From: Klebsiella pneumoniae
GTDB lineage: Bacteria; Myxococcota_A; UBA796; SXON01
Direction: 5' to 3'
Assembly (NCBI GenBank): GCA_945861635.1
Contig: CAMAWH010000002.1
Coordinates: forward strand, 54,349 to 118,348
DNA length: 64,000 bases
The position numbers and the translations under genes were made by a program. The notes beneath the pieces are model-generated. The model was not told the DNA's origin and did not search any database. It saw only the letters and a list, made by a program, of their open reading frames with translations. Positions within the stretch are counted from its first letter, which is position 1. Each line of letters begins with the position of its first letter. Of this stretch, positions 18,754 to 29,527 are shown piece by piece.

Positions 18754-19494
18754 TCACTTCCCCGTGATGGCCCGCCAGATCATCATCACCGGATCGTAGT
18801 ACCGATCCACGACGCGCTCTTTGAGCGGAATGATGGCGTTGTCCGTAATGTTGATGTGCTCCGGGCACACGTCGGTGCAGCATCGCGTGATGTTGCAAAG
18901 TCCGCTTCCATACTCGTTCTTGATGGCGGGAACGCGATCCGCCGTGTCGAGCGGGTGCATCTCCAACTGCGCAAGGTGAATCATGAACCGTGGGCCAACG
19001 AACGCGTCCTTGCGATCCTGATTCCGGAGGACGTGACAGACGTCCTGACAGAGGAAACACTCAATGCACTTGCGAAATTCCTGAACGCGGTCCACGTCTT
19101 CCTGCTGCATCCGGTAGGTGCCATCGGCTTCCCGCGGCTTCGGCTGCAACGGCTTGATCTTCGCCTTCTGCTCGTAGTTCCAGCTCACATCCGTCACAAG
19201 ATCCTTCACGATGGGAAACGCCTTGAGCGGTTGCACCGTGATGGCTTCGTCGGGTGCGTAGTCGTTGACCCGGGTCATGCAGCTGAGCTTGGGCTTCCCG
19301 TTGACTTCACAGGAACAACTTCCACACTTACCTGCTTTACAGTTCCATCGCACGGCGAGATCGTTTGCCTGGTGCGTTTGGATTCGATGGATGGCGTCGA
19401 GGACCACCATGCCAGGCTCAATCTCTACCTTGTAGTCAACGAATTCTCCGCCCGCAGCGTCTCCGCGCCAGACCCGGAAGGTACGATCAGCCAT
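18754..19494 (-). CDS. sdhB: succinate dehydrogenase/fumarate reductase iron-sulfur subunit
   Basis: CKAGKCGSCSCEVNG and CIECFLCQDVC ... CNITRCCTDVCP cluster motifs. Start overlaps the sdhA stop by 8 nt. Confidence 0.9.
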   Translation of the reverse strand: MADRTFRVWRGDAAGGEFVDYKVEIEPGMVVLDAIHRIQTHQANDLAVRWNCKAGKCGSCSCEVNGKPKLSCMTRVNDYAPDEAITVQPLKAFPIVKDLVTDVSWNYEQKAKIKPLQPKPREADGTYRMQQEDVDRVQEFRKCIECFLCQDVCHVLRNQDRKDAFVGPRFMIHLAQLEMHPLDTADRVPAIKNEYGSGLCNITRCCTDVCPEHINITDNAIIPLKERVVDRYYDPVMMIWRAITGK

Positions 19495-21322
19495 GTTGTG
19501 GACCCTCCAACTCTTCCAACGTCGCATTTGCGATGGCCACGAGATCCGGCGGACCCGGCGGACGAACGACGGATTCAACCTCCATCTTTCCGTCTGCACC
19601 TCTGCGGGAGACGACGTTTACATTCCCCCACTCCTCCCGTTCTCCGGCGTAGTCCTCCCGGGTGTGACCACCCCGACTCTCTTCCCGTAGAAGGGCACCG
19701 CGCGTCACCGCCTCACTCACGACGAGCATGGCGCGCAGGTCGATGGCTTCGTGCCAGCCCGCATTGTACTGGGAGGTACCATGCGCCTTCACTCGCGACG
19801 CACGCTCGGCGAGGACGGCCAGATCCGCCAGCGCCTTTTCCAGTTCGACCTTGGTCCGAATGATGCCGACATTGTCCTGCATCGACGTCTGGAGATCCTC
19901 GTGGATCAAGTACGGATTTTCTCCAGCTTCGCGGTTGAGGATGGCCGTCGCGCGGCGAACGGACACCAATACCTGGGCTTCGTCTACCGAGGGCGTCGTA
20001 ACCGAGTTGCAGTAGGCCACCGCGCCGTCACCCGCGAGCTTCCCAAAGACGATCAGGTCCGACAACGAGTTGCCCCCGAGCCGATTCGCCCCGTGCATGC
20101 CCCCGGACACCTCACCTGCGGCGAACAGCCCCGGAACACACGACATCTGGGTGTCGGCATCGACCTTCACGCCGCCCATGAAGTAGTGGCACGTCGGCCC
20201 GACTTCCATCGGCTCCTTGGTGATGTCCAACTCCGCCAATTCCTTGAACTGGTGGTACATGGAAGGAAGTTTCTTCTTGATCGTCTCCGCGGGACGACGT
20301 GACGCGATGTCGAGGAACACGCCGCCATGCGGAGAGCCGCGGCCCGCCTTCACTTCCGCATTGATGGATCGCGCCACGACATCTCTTGTCAGCAATTCCG
20401 GCGGCCGGCGGGCGTTTTTATCTCCGTCGAGCCAGCGCTGGCCCTCCTCGACCGTATCCGCCGTTTCTTTGGCGAACTTCTCAGGAACATACTTGAACAT
20501 GAACCGCTCACCGTCCTTGTTGAGCAGGATTCCCCCCTCTCCGCGAACGCCTTCGGTCACGAGCGTACCGCGCACGGAGGGCGGCCACACCATTCCCGTA
20601 GGATGGAACTGGGTAAACTCCATATCGACCAGCTCGGCACCGGCTTCGTAGGCCAGCGCATACCCATCTCCCGTGCATTCCCAGCTATTCGACGTCACCT
20701 TCCACGACTTGCCCCCGCCGCCCGTCGCCAGGATGACGGCCTTCGCGGTGATAAGCACGAACCGACCGGTTTGCCGCCAGTAACAGACCGCGCCCGCGAT
20801 GCGGTTTCCGTCCTTGATCAAATCAAGCACCGTGCACTCCATGTGCACTTTCAAATGCTCCTGATGCACCGCCCGATCCTGAAGGGTGCGGATCAACTCC
20901 AGCCCGGTGCGATCCCCGACGTGCGCGAGGCGCGGATACCGGTGCCCGCCAAAGTTGCGCTGCGAGATCAGGCCGTCTTTCGTCCTGTCGAAAACGGCGC
21001 CCCAATCCTCCAATTCGTGGACGCGCGCGGGCGCTTCCTTGGCGTGGTGTTCCGCCATTCGCCAATCGTTGAGGAACTTCCCGCCGCGCATCGTATCGCG
21101 GAAGTGAATCTTCCAGTTGTCGCGGGCGTCGGCATTGCCCATCGCAGCCGCCATCCCGCCTTCCGCCATGACCGTGTGGGCCTTTCCGAGGAGGGACTTG
21201 CAGATGACGCCCGTGGACAGCCCCGCCTTGCCACATTCGATGGCCGCACGAAGGCCCGCGCCGCCCGCACCGATGATCAACACGTCGTGATCGACGCGTT
21301 GTAGTTCCTTTACTTCGAGCAT
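19487..21322 (-). CDS. sdhA: succinate dehydrogenase/fumarate reductase flavoprotein subunit
   Basis: DVLIIGAGGAGLRAA FAD fold, HTVMAEGG, and HGANRLGGNSL. Confidence 0.95.
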   Translation of the reverse strand: MLEVKELQRVDHDVLIIGAGGAGLRAAIECGKAGLSTGVICKSLLGKAHTVMAEGGMAAAMGNADARDNWKIHFRDTMRGGKFLNDWRMAEHHAKEAPARVHELEDWGAVFDRTKDGLISQRNFGGHRYPRLAHVGDRTGLELIRTLQDRAVHQEHLKVHMECTVLDLIKDGNRIAGAVCYWRQTGRFVLITAKAVILATGGGGKSWKVTSNSWECTGDGYALAYEAGAELVDMEFTQFHPTGMVWPPSVRGTLVTEGVRGEGGILLNKDGERFMFKYVPEKFAKETADTVEEGQRWLDGDKNARRPPELLTRDVVARSINAEVKAGRGSPHGGVFLDIASRRPAETIKKKLPSMYHQFKELAELDITKEPMEVGPTCHYFMGGVKVDADTQMSCVPGLFAAGEVSGGMHGANRLGGNSLSDLIVFGKLAGDGAVAYCNSVTTPSVDEAQVLVSVRRATAILNREAGENPYLIHEDLQTSMQDNVGIIRTKVELEKALADLAVLAERASRVKAHGTSQYNAGWHEAIDLRAMLVVSEAVTRGALLREESRGGHTREDYAGEREEWGNVNVVSRRGADGKMEVESVVRPPGPPDLVAIANATLEELEGPQHG

Positions 21323-21323
21323 G

Positions 21324-22184
21324 TCAGTGTCCCCACGTGTTGAGGTCGGGAATGGTGCCCGACGCCACGAGCCGAACGTACAAACCCGCCCAGCCGACCC
21401 AGATCATGCTGACCCACGCCAGCAACATATGCCGCTCATTCAGCCAGGTGACGCCTCGCCAGATGCCGTACGACTTCTTCATGCCCTTGTCGTGGTTGAA
21501 TGCGTCGCAACTGAAACAGTCCTTTCGACCTCCGACAAGATGCCGCCACGCGTGACACCCGAAGGTGTACATGCCGAGGAGGATGGGATTGAGCGTCAGG
21601 ATGATGCTTCCGACGCCGATTCCAAACTCACCGTCACGGAAGAAGGACATGAATGCATCCCACGAGAGGAAAGCGATCACGACGATGGCGCTGTAGAGCG
21701 CGTACCGGTGGAGGTTCTGGAAGAGGAAAAGCATGCGCTCGCCCTCGTACCGGCCGGGCTGCGGTGCGGGGTTCACGCCACACGCCGGCGGCGTGAACAG
21801 ATACGCGCGGTAGTAGAACTTCCGGTAGTAGTAACAGGTCAATCGGAAGGAAAGCGGGAGGGGAAGGATGAGCGCTGCCGAGATCGACGGGAACCACGTC
21901 GGCCACCACCCCGGCGCTTCTCCGAAGAAGGAATCCGCGATGGGCGCATCGGGCCAAACGCGCGTATCCGCGAAGAACAGCGGGGAGTAGAACGGAGAAA
22001 GGTAGCCGCCAAACCCGTGACCACCCACCCAATAATTCGTACCCTGAAACGCTTCCCAGTTGGCATAGATCGTGAACAGCAGGAATCCAATCCCCGTCCA
22101 CATCGGCTCGAACCACCACGCATCCTTGCGCAGCGTCTTGAACATCCCGGTGGGGTGTCCTCCGGTACCGCCATCTGCTGCCAT
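21324..22184 (-). CDS. sdhC: succinate dehydrogenase membrane anchor / cytochrome b subunit (single large anchor type)
   Basis: Polytopic protein directly upstream of sdhA (1-nt gap). Start chosen at M5, preceded by GGAG. Confidence 0.65.
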   Translation of the reverse strand: MAADGGTGGHPTGMFKTLRKDAWWFEPMWTGIGFLLFTIYANWEAFQGTNYWVGGHGFGGYLSPFYSPLFFADTRVWPDAPIADSFFGEAPGWWPTWFPSISAALILPLPLSFRLTCYYYRKFYYRAYLFTPPACGVNPAPQPGRYEGERMLFLFQNLHRYALYSAIVVIAFLSWDAFMSFFRDGEFGIGVGSIILTLNPILLGMYTFGCHAWRHLVGGRKDCFSCDAFNHDKGMKKSYGIWRGVTWLNERHMLLAWVSMIWVGWAGLYVRLVASGTIPDLNTWGH

Positions 22185-22393
22185 CGGTGACTCCACGTGA
22201 GCGTTCCGCCGAGCACCCGGCGGGGTTCCCTTCTAGCCGATTGCACCGACGCGGACAAGACGTGACGCCCGGGCATGCAGACGCGGGAGAAGCTGCCGAT
22301 CAAGCTCCGCCAGCAGCGCAAGGTCCGCGTGAAGCATCTCCCAGCGTTGCCCCTGCACGAAAGGGTGGAAAGCGCGGCCGGGTGAGCGCGGAA

Positions 22394-23557
22394 TCAGATC
22401 CCGAGGTAGCTCGCGACCTTCCCCGCGAGATCCGTCTTTTCCCACGAGAATTCGCTACGGCCGAAGTGACCGTACGCTGCTGTGGGTCGGTAGATCGGGC
22501 GCAGCAGGTCGAGGTGCTTGATCAGGCCGGCTGGCTTTGTGGGAAACAACTCGCGAACGCAAGCCACCAGCTTCTCGTCGCTTACCTTACCCGTGTCGTA
22601 CGAATTGACATTCACGCTGACCGGCTCCGCGATGCCGATGGCGTAGGCAAGCTGGACAAGTGCCCGGTCACAGGCGCCGGACGCAACAAGATTCTTCGCA
22701 ATGTACCGCCCCATGTACGCGGCCGAACGGTCGACCTTCGACGGGTCCTTGCCGGAGAAGGCGCCGCCACCATGCGCACCATGTCCACCGTACGTGTCCA
22801 CGATGATCTTGCGGCCGGTCAGGCCAGAATCCCCCATTGGCCCGCCGACAACGAATTTGCCGGTCGGATTGACGAAATAGCGGGTTTCCGCGTCGAGGAG
22901 GTGTGCAGGGAGGACCTGCTTGATCAACTCGTCGATGATCTGGGATTCAATCAACTTGTGATCGCGCTCCGCGTGCTGCGTCGAAACGACGACGGTGTCG
23001 ATGCGAGCGATCTTGCCATCCCGATACTCGATCGTGACCTGCGACTTGCTGTCCGGGCGTACCCAGGCCCAGTTCGAATCGTTCTTCCTCCGCTTTGCAA
23101 GCTGGTGCATGAGCACGTGGCTGTACTGGAGCGTCGCCGGCATGAGCTCCGGCGTTTCGTCGATGGCGTAGCCGAACATCATCCCCTGGTCACCGGCGCC
23201 CTGTTCTTTGTGCAGCCCCTCACCCTCACTGACGCCCTGCGAAATGTCCGGGGATTGCTGCTCAATCGCCACCATGATTGCACACGTGTTGCCATCGAAC
23301 CCCTTGTCGGAGTGGTCGAAGCCGATCTCGTTGACGACGCGCCGAATGATCGGCGGGTAGTCAACCTTTCCCTGCGATGTGATCTCTCCCGCGACGACCA
23401 CGAGCCCGGTCTTCACGAGGGTTTCGCACGCGACGCGTGAACGCGGGTCCTGCTCCAAGAACGCATCAAGGATGCCATCCGAGATCTGGTCGCACATCTT
23501 GTCGGGATGGCCTTCGGAAACGGATTCGGACGTAAACAGGTAGTTTTTCAGGGCCAT
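22394..23557 (-). CDS. metK: S-adenosylmethionine synthetase
   Basis: [20 protein letters not shown] ... [12 protein letters not shown] ... [16 protein letters not shown]. Internal ATG (M34). Confidence 0.95.
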   Translation of the reverse strand: MALKNYLFTSESVSEGHPDKMCDQISDGILDAFLEQDPRSRVACETLVKTGLVVVAGEITSQGKVDYPPIIRRVVNEIGFDHSDKGFDGNTCAIMVAIEQQSPDISQGVSEGEGLHKEQGAGDQGMMFGYAIDETPELMPATLQYSHVLMHQLAKRRKNDSNWAWVRPDSKSQVTIEYRDGKIARIDTVVVSTQHAERDHKLIESQIIDELIKQVLPAHLLDAETRYFVNPTGKFVVGGPMGDSGLTGRKIIVDTYGGHGAHGGGAFSGKDPSKVDRSAAYMGRYIAKNLVASGACDRALVQLAYAIGIAEPVSVNVNSYDTGKVSDEKLVACVRELFPTKPAGLIKHLDLLRPIYRPTAAYGHFGRSEFSWEKTDLAGKVASYLGI

Positions 23558-23760
23558 GACTTCCTCGGAGGTGGCGACAGGCAGAAGCGCCGGCGCATGG
23601 GGCGGCGCAATGTGGCCCCTCCGCTGCCGGACGTCAAGCGTTCGCTCGGTGAGCACGGGTACGCAGCGTGAAGTCGTACACTACGCCGACCCCGCGCGAT
23701 CCGAGACCAAACGCCCCAAACGGCGATTACAACCTTTGGAAACACGCCGCTTGAGGTGTG

Positions 23761-24048
23761 CTAGTGCTCGCGCTCCTTTTCCTTGTGCCGGCGCACCGAA
23801 ACCTCGACCTTCGACATCACGCCGTCGAGTGTCGCGTACAGGTCGTCGGTTTCGTCCTCCGCCCGGAACGTCTCGCCGTGCGAGTGCACCGTCAGATCGG
23901 CGCGATGCCGATGCTTGTCCACGGTGATCGTGACGTGCGCATTGGCCGGATCTTTCAAGTGCTTGACGACCTTCTGAAACCTTTTGTTCGCCCAATCCTT
24001 GATGGCTGCGGTGGGCTCAACATTGCGGAAGGTAAATTCCAATTCCAC
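23761..24048 (-). CDS. hpf: ribosome hibernation promoting factor (short HPF/RaiA)
   Basis: MELEFTFRNVEPTAAIKDWA ... DLYATLDGVMSKVE. Located directly downstream of rpoN. Confidence 0.9.
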   Translation of the reverse strand: MELEFTFRNVEPTAAIKDWANKRFQKVVKHLKDPANAHVTITVDKHRHRADLTVHSHGETFRAEDETDDLYATLDGVMSKVEVSVRRHKEKEREH

Positions 24049-24086
24049 GGTACCTCCATTGTAAAAAACCCGATTAGGACACCCGC

Positions 24087-25538
24087 CTAAGACACAGTGC
24101 GCCGCTTCGACGACGGGAGAATTCCCATCGCCTCGCGGTATTTTGCGACCGTACGCCGCGCGATATCGATGTTTTCCCGCTTGAGCAGTCCGACGACCGC
24201 GTCATCGGAAACGGGATTCTCGGTGTCCTCGGCCGCGATGAGTTTTTTGATACGGCGCTTCACAGCCTCCGCCGCCACCATTTCCCCATGGACAGCGTTC
24301 ACGCCATTGTTGAAGAAGAACTTCAACTCGAATATTCCCTGCGGACACTGCACGTATTTGCTGCTCGTTACGCGGGAGACTGTCGACTCATGCATGCCGA
24401 TTTCATCTGCGACATCCCGCAGGACCATGGGCCGCAAGAAATCCGGCCCGCGTTCAAAAAAATCATGTTGACGGCGCAGAATCGAGTTCATCACTTTGCC
24501 AATCGTGTCCTGCCGTTTGAAGATCGACTTGATCAAGAAGTCCGCTGAATTCAGCCTCTCCTTGATGTATTCACGCTCTTCACGCGTGGAATCTTTTCCT
24601 TGCAAAACCTGCTTGTAGTAGCTGCTGATGCGGAGTTTTGGAAGTCCGTCCTCATTTTGCACAACCTGCCACTCATCGCCTACCTTGAACACGTACACGT
24701 CCGGCGAGATGTACTGCGGATCCGCCTCACTGAAATTCCGACCGGGCCAAGGCTCCAGCTGCTTCATCATCTTGTGGTACTCGAGGACGTCCTCGACCTC
24801 GATCTCCAGCGCGCGCGCAATAGCTCCGTAGTTTCGCTTCTCGATGTCCCCGAGATGACCCGTGATGATCCTCGGAAGATACGGATCCTCCGGAAACAAC
24901 ACCCGCGTCTGCACCGTCAGACATTCGACGAGGTTGCCCGCACCGCACCCGAGCGGGTCAAGGTGCTGCACAAGATCGAGCGCACCCTCCGCATCGTCCT
25001 GATCGAGCGCGTGCTCCTCAATCAGCTCCGAAAGCGGCTGACAGAGCCAGCCGTGATCATCGAGGTTGCGAATGATGATCTGCGCTGCCGCGCGCTCACC
25101 GTCTGTGCAACTCTGCATCTGGAGCTGCCACTCAAGGTGGTCGGCGAGAGAGGCGCTGCCGACGAGATTCGTCTCGATGGGCGGCAGTTCGTCCATCCCG
25201 GACGCGGCACCCGAATGACTGCCGTCGGGCTTGTTGTACCCCTCGATCACTTTATCCCAATCTACCTCTCCTTCTTTCGCGTCGTTCATCGTCTGGCTTC
25301 CGTCCGCCTGCGCGGATTGGGCCTGCTGCTGAAAGCTGGCCTCCGCCTCCATCAGGCTGTCCGTGGTGCTGCCAGGCACCTCTTCCAACGTCGGATTCTC
25401 GAGGATCTCGTTCTGCACCTGATCCATCAGCTCGATGTGATTGAGCTGAAGCAGCTTGATGGCTTGCTGCAGTTGTTGAGTAATGCGCAGCTCCTGCCGC
25501 TGCTGCATCACGAGGCCGAGCTTCTGTCCGAAGGCCAT
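24087..25538 (-). CDS. rpoN: RNA polymerase sigma-54 factor
   Basis: MAFGQKLGLVMQQRQELRITQQLQQAIKLLQL N-terminus and ARRTVAKYRE RpoN box. Confidence 0.95.
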   Translation of the reverse strand: MAFGQKLGLVMQQRQELRITQQLQQAIKLLQLNHIELMDQVQNEILENPTLEEVPGSTTDSLMEAEASFQQQAQSAQADGSQTMNDAKEGEVDWDKVIEGYNKPDGSHSGAASGMDELPPIETNLVGSASLADHLEWQLQMQSCTDGERAAAQIIIRNLDDHGWLCQPLSELIEEHALDQDDAEGALDLVQHLDPLGCGAGNLVECLTVQTRVLFPEDPYLPRIITGHLGDIEKRNYGAIARALEIEVEDVLEYHKMMKQLEPWPGRNFSEADPQYISPDVYVFKVGDEWQVVQNEDGLPKLRISSYYKQVLQGKDSTREEREYIKERLNSADFLIKSIFKRQDTIGKVMNSILRRQHDFFERGPDFLRPMVLRDVADEIGMHESTVSRVTSSKYVQCPQGIFELKFFFNNGVNAVHGEMVAAEAVKRRIKKLIAAEDTENPVSDDAVVGLLKRENIDIARRTVAKYREAMGILPSSKRRTVS

Positions 25539-25545
25539 TGTGCCG

Positions 25546-26310
25546 CTAGTATCCGCCCCGGCGCGAGTCTTGCAAAGGCGGCGGCAGGACGAAATCGTGC
25601 CCGAGGTACCGGTCTCGCGCGTGGGGGTCCGCCGCAACGAACGAAGGCGTACCTTCTACCTGTATGGTTCCCGAATCGAGCACAATTGCGCGGTCACACA
25701 TCGCAAGCGTCTCTCGGACTGCATGATCGGTGACGAGCACGGCGGCACCGGCGCGCGCGAGCGAACGAACCAGATCCTGAAGCCCCGCAACCGCGATGGG
25801 ATCGACGCCAGCAAAGGGTTCGTCGAGCAGAAGCACGCACGGACGAATGGCGAGCAGGCGGGCGATCTGTAGTCGGCGGCGCTCCCCGCCAGAGAGCGCG
25901 TCCACGCGGCGGGTCGCCAGGTCGAAGATACCCGCCTGTCGGAGGAGATCGGCAGGATCCGTGCGCGACGCGGAAACCTCCACCGCGAGCGCGACGTTCC
26001 CAAGCACCGTTAAATCACGAAAAAGCGTGTCCTCCTGGGGCAAGTAGCCAAGTCCGAGGCGGGCCCGCCGGTGGAGCGGCAGCGCGTCCAGCCGCGTTGC
26101 CCCCAACCAGACCTCGCCCTCCTCGGCGCGTTCGACTCCGGCCAGGATGCGAAAGATCGTCGTCTTTCCTGCGCCATTCGGGCCAAGCAGGCCGAGCACT
26201 TCGCCGGGGGCCACGCGGATCGACACGCCGTCGACAACGCGGCGCGCGCCGTAGGATTTACGTAGTCGGGCTGCGGACAACCCAAGCCGTTCGCCGTGCG
26301 CACCCGGCAC
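25546..26310 (-). CDS. lptB: LPS export ABC transporter ATP-binding protein
   Basis: GLLGPNGAGKTT Walker A, LSGGERRRLQIAR, LLLDEPFAGVDP. Position between lptA and rpoN. Confidence 0.9.
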   Translation of the reverse strand: MPGAHGERLGLSAARLRKSYGARRVVDGVSIRVAPGEVLGLLGPNGAGKTTIFRILAGVERAEEGEVWLGATRLDALPLHRRARLGLGYLPQEDTLFRDLTVLGNVALAVEVSASRTDPADLLRQAGIFDLATRRVDALSGGERRRLQIARLLAIRPCVLLLDEPFAGVDPIAVAGLQDLVRSLARAGAAVLVTDHAVRETLAMCDRAIVLDSGTIQVEGTPSFVAADPHARDRYLGHDFVLPPPLQDSRRGGY

Positions 26311-26948
26311 TATTCGCCGGCTCCCAACGCGCTACCGTCCACGGTAAGCGTGCAGGGGGCGTCGCCCGCGCCAACGCACTCGGCCTTTTCGTCGTCGAGA
26401 AACAGCGTGATGGTCGTGCCCGCGAGGTGGTTCGGCCCCTCGGCCAGCGTGGGCGCGCCCGTCAGCGTAATTTTGCCCGTCGCGCCCTCAAGCTCGGCCG
26501 TTTCCGCCGTCGCAAGGCGACCCTCCCGCGTGACGCGCACGTGATCGGTAGCAACGATGCGATCGACGCGTGCACCGTCATAGTTCACATCGAGAGCCGT
26601 ACACGTCATCGTCACGACGCCACGCACGACGGTGACGTTTCCCTCGAAGTGTGCGGTGTGCTTCGCCAGATCCCACGTCGAGTGCGAGGCCCGGATCTGC
26701 AGCGGCTGAGAGCCGGTCTCCGCTCGAACCACCGCCGTTTCTCCGGCCTGGGCAACGCCACCGCGGAGCACGGCCGACGCGGTCGCAATTCCCCAGGCCG
26801 TCCCCTCCGTCTGCCCGCCTGCGGACACTGCGCTGGCGACGGTTTCAGGCGGTAATTCCTGGCGAACGACGCGATCGTTGCCGCACCCGGCGAGTACGGC
26901 AATCCCCGCGCAGCGCAACCTCGCCACCCCTCCAAACTGGCCCTTCAC
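26310..26948 (-). CDS. lptA: LptA/OstA-domain protein with a lipobox
   Basis: OstA-type beta-jellyroll repeats ([32 protein letters not shown]). N-terminus [13 protein letters not shown] is a lipobox. GTG start overlaps the pyrG stop (GTGA). Confidence 0.7.
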   Translation of the reverse strand: MKGQFGGVARLRCAGIAVLAGCGNDRVVRQELPPETVASAVSAGGQTEGTAWGIATASAVLRGGVAQAGETAVVRAETGSQPLQIRASHSTWDLAKHTAHFEGNVTVVRGVVTMTCTALDVNYDGARVDRIVATDHVRVTREGRLATAETAELEGATGKITLTGAPTLAEGPNHLAGTTITLFLDDEKAECVGAGDAPCTLTVDGSALGAGE

Positions 26949-28597
26949 TTCGCCTCGATCTCCGCTACCGGCTCTGAACGCGAACCTTCACGCACCAAAC
27001 GGGCCTGCCGCTCCAACGCTGCCCGGATGAACGCCGAAAACAGCGGATGCGGCGCCAGTGGCCGGCTTTTGAATTCCGGGTGGAATTGGCACGCCACGAA
27101 ATACGGATGCGACGGCAACTCGATCATCTCCACCAACCGACCGTCGGGAGACAGTCCCGAGATGGTCATGCCCTTCTTCCGGAGCAACGCGTGGTACTCG
27201 GGGTTGACCTCATACCGATGACGATGGCGCTCGGAGATCGTTTCCGCGCCGTAAATCTCCCGCGCCCGCGTGCCCTCTTTGACCACGCAGGGGTAGGCGC
27301 CCAACCGCATCGTTCCCCCTTTGTCCGCCACACCCACCTGGCTATCCATCAGGTGAATCACCGCGTTTTTCGTATGGGTGTCGAATTCCGACGAGTGCGC
27401 ATCGTGCACGCCGGCAATGTTTCGGAGGTACTCGACGACCGCCAACTGCATACCGAGGCAAATCCCGAAGAACGGCACGCTATTCACGCGCGCCCATTCG
27501 ATCGCCTTGATTTTTCCTTCTGTGCCTCGGCTCCCAAACCCACCTGGAATCAGCACCGCATCGGACCCGGCAAGCAGGCCGCCGATCCGCGCACCATCGA
27601 TTTCCTCACTATCTACGTAGCGCAACTCGACGCGCGACTCGTTGGCGATTCCGCCGTGTGCAAGCGCCTCGTTCAGCGATTTATACGTGTCCGACAAATG
27701 CACATACTTTCCGACGACAGCCACGCGCACCGTATTGCGTGGATTGCGCGCCTTTGCGACGTAGTCTTCCCACTTCTCCAGGTGCGGCTGCACCGCGTAG
27801 AACGAAAATCGTGACAAGATCCGGTCGTCCAACTCCTGCGCATGAAATACCAGCGGCAATTGGTAGATGTTTTCGACGTCTTGTGCGCTTACAACATCGT
27901 CCACGCCTACGTTACAGAAGCCGGCAATCTTTGCACGAACGTCCTTCGACAATGCCTTTTCACTGCGACACAATAGAATATCGGGTTGGATGCCGATGCC
28001 GAGCAGATCCTTGACGGAGTGCTGGGTGGGCTTTGTCTTCAGTTCCCCAGCCGCCTTGATGTACGGAACCAGCGTCACGTGGATGTACAGCACGTTTTCC
28101 GGACCGACGTCCGCGCGCATCTGACGAATCGCTTCGAGGAACGGCAGAGATTCGATATCACCAACGGTTCCGCCGATCTCCACAATCGCCATGTCAACGT
28201 CCGCGGCCGCCTCGTGGATGAGGCGCTTGATCTCGTCCGTGATGTGGGGGATGACCTGGACGGTTCGACCGAGGTACTCCCCACGACGTTCCCGCTCAAT
28301 CACGTTCTGATAGATGCGCCCCGTGGAAAATGACTGGCGACGCGTCGTAGGCCGCGAAACGAACCGTTCGTAGTGGCCAAGGTCGAGGTCCGTTTCCGCA
28401 CCGTCGTCGGTCACGAACACTTCCCCGTGCTGGTAGGGCGACATCGTGCCCGGGTCGACGTTGATGTACGGGTCCATTTTGATGTTTGCGACACGCAAGC
28501 CGCGCGCCTCCATCAGGGCACCAATCGCGGCGGAAGACAAGCCTTTTCCAAGCGATGACAGCACGCCGCCCGTGACAAATATGAATTTCTTTTTCAC
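26945..28597 (-). CDS. pyrG: CTP synthase
   Basis: [17 protein letters not shown] ... [10 protein letters not shown] ... canonical PyrG, 550 aa. Confidence 0.95.
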   Translation of the reverse strand: MKKKFIFVTGGVLSSLGKGLSSAAIGALMEARGLRVANIKMDPYINVDPGTMSPYQHGEVFVTDDGAETDLDLGHYERFVSRPTTRRQSFSTGRIYQNVIERERRGEYLGRTVQVIPHITDEIKRLIHEAAADVDMAIVEIGGTVGDIESLPFLEAIRQMRADVGPENVLYIHVTLVPYIKAAGELKTKPTQHSVKDLLGIGIQPDILLCRSEKALSKDVRAKIAGFCNVGVDDVVSAQDVENIYQLPLVFHAQELDDRILSRFSFYAVQPHLEKWEDYVAKARNPRNTVRVAVVGKYVHLSDTYKSLNEALAHGGIANESRVELRYVDSEEIDGARIGGLLAGSDAVLIPGGFGSRGTEGKIKAIEWARVNSVPFFGICLGMQLAVVEYLRNIAGVHDAHSSEFDTHTKNAVIHLMDSQVGVADKGGTMRLGAYPCVVKEGTRAREIYGAETISERHRHRYEVNPEYHALLRKKGMTISGLSPDGRLVEMIELPSHPYFVACQFHPEFKSRPLAPHPLFSAFIRAALERQARLVREGSRSEPVAEIEAK

Positions 28598-29316
28598 GAC
28601 ACACCCCGAGTATAAAGGAATCGCACGTGTTCGAGGTCGCGCGGCGTATCGACGCCGTGACCCGCATGATCCACCGTTACGACGCGAATTGTAAGCCCAT
28701 TTTCCAGCCAGCGCAGTTGCTCCAGCGCCTCCGCGCGCTCTCCCGGCGTCGACGGCAACGTCGGCAGTTGCATCAGCACGCCCAACGAGAACGCATAGAC
28801 CCCAACGTGGAGATGGAACGGTCCGCCCACCGGAATCGCCCGCCGCGAGAAGGCCATTGCCCGGCCGTCTGCATCCATGACAACCTTGACCCGAGCGGCG
28901 TCGGTTGCGTCTCCCGAAAACGGGGCCGCGGCGGTCGCGATGGGGGTGTCGTCGCGCACGCCCGCTACTACCCGGTTCACGACCTCGGGGTCGAGCATCG
29001 GCTCGTCTCCCTGCACGTTTACGATAATATCCGAAGCGCTCGTCCCAGCGTTCATCGTAACCATCAACTGTTTGACAGCCTCGATCACCCGCATGGTGCC
29101 ATTCTCACAGTCGCCGGTCATGACCACCTCCCCTCCCGCCGCACGGACCACCTGCGCAATCCTCTCCGAATCGGTCGCGACGATGACGCGGTCCACCCGC
29201 GCCCGCCGCGCCCGCTCCCACGTGCGCACGATCATCGGTGCGCCCCCGATGTCCAAAAGCGCCTTTTCGGGAAGGCGCGTGGAGCCGAGTCGGGCGGGAA
29301 TCACGGCGAGCACCAT
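28594..29316 (-). CDS. kdsB: 3-deoxy-manno-octulosonate cytidylyltransferase
   Basis: [25 protein letters not shown] ... VNVQGDEP. Internal ATG; the longer ORF extension is R/S-rich and not protein-like. Alternative ATG at 29337. Confidence 0.9.
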   Translation of the reverse strand: MVLAVIPARLGSTRLPEKALLDIGGAPMIVRTWERARRARVDRVIVATDSERIAQVVRAAGGEVVMTGDCENGTMRVIEAVKQLMVTMNAGTSASDIIVNVQGDEPMLDPEVVNRVVAGVRDDTPIATAAAPFSGDATDAARVKVVMDADGRAMAFSRRAIPVGGPFHLHVGVYAFSLGVLMQLPTLPSTPGERAEALEQLRWLENGLTIRVVTVDHAGHGVDTPRDLEHVRFLYTRGVS

Positions 29317-29382
29317 CAAACCGCCGGGTACGCCCATGAATCGCACGGGTGGTGTTGCCGTGTCAAGTGTCCGGAATTCATT

Positions 29383-29410
29383 TCTGGGCAATCGGTCCCC
29401 GATTGCGCCG
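29383..29410. repeat. 28-nt palindromic intergenic element, copy B (TCTGGGCAATCGGTCCCCGATTGCGCCG)
   Basis: 27/28 identical to 8204..8231, in the same orientation. Lies in the kdsB / lipoprotein divergent spacer. CTGGGCAA recurs at 29412. Confidence 0.7.
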
Positions 29411-29527
29411 GCTGGGCAACACCTATCGCGTAACTTTCGGCCTTCGCGCGATGCAGGGCGCCCTTGTGCATGGTGGGCGGCCGTGATCGTTTTCGGCCGG
29501 TTCCGGCATACTGAACTGGAGGTCTCC

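Noticed and set aside
22226-22240. The 11-mer GGGTTCCCTTC is shared between the sdhC upstream region and the region upstream of the 38375 lipoprotein. The 13-mer CATGGGAACTCCT is shared at 14034 and 38238.
   Set aside because: The 13-mer is simply the AGGAGTTCCCATG ribosome-binding site and start context of two genes. The 11-mer occurs in opposite orientations relative to the two genes and is short enough to be near chance.
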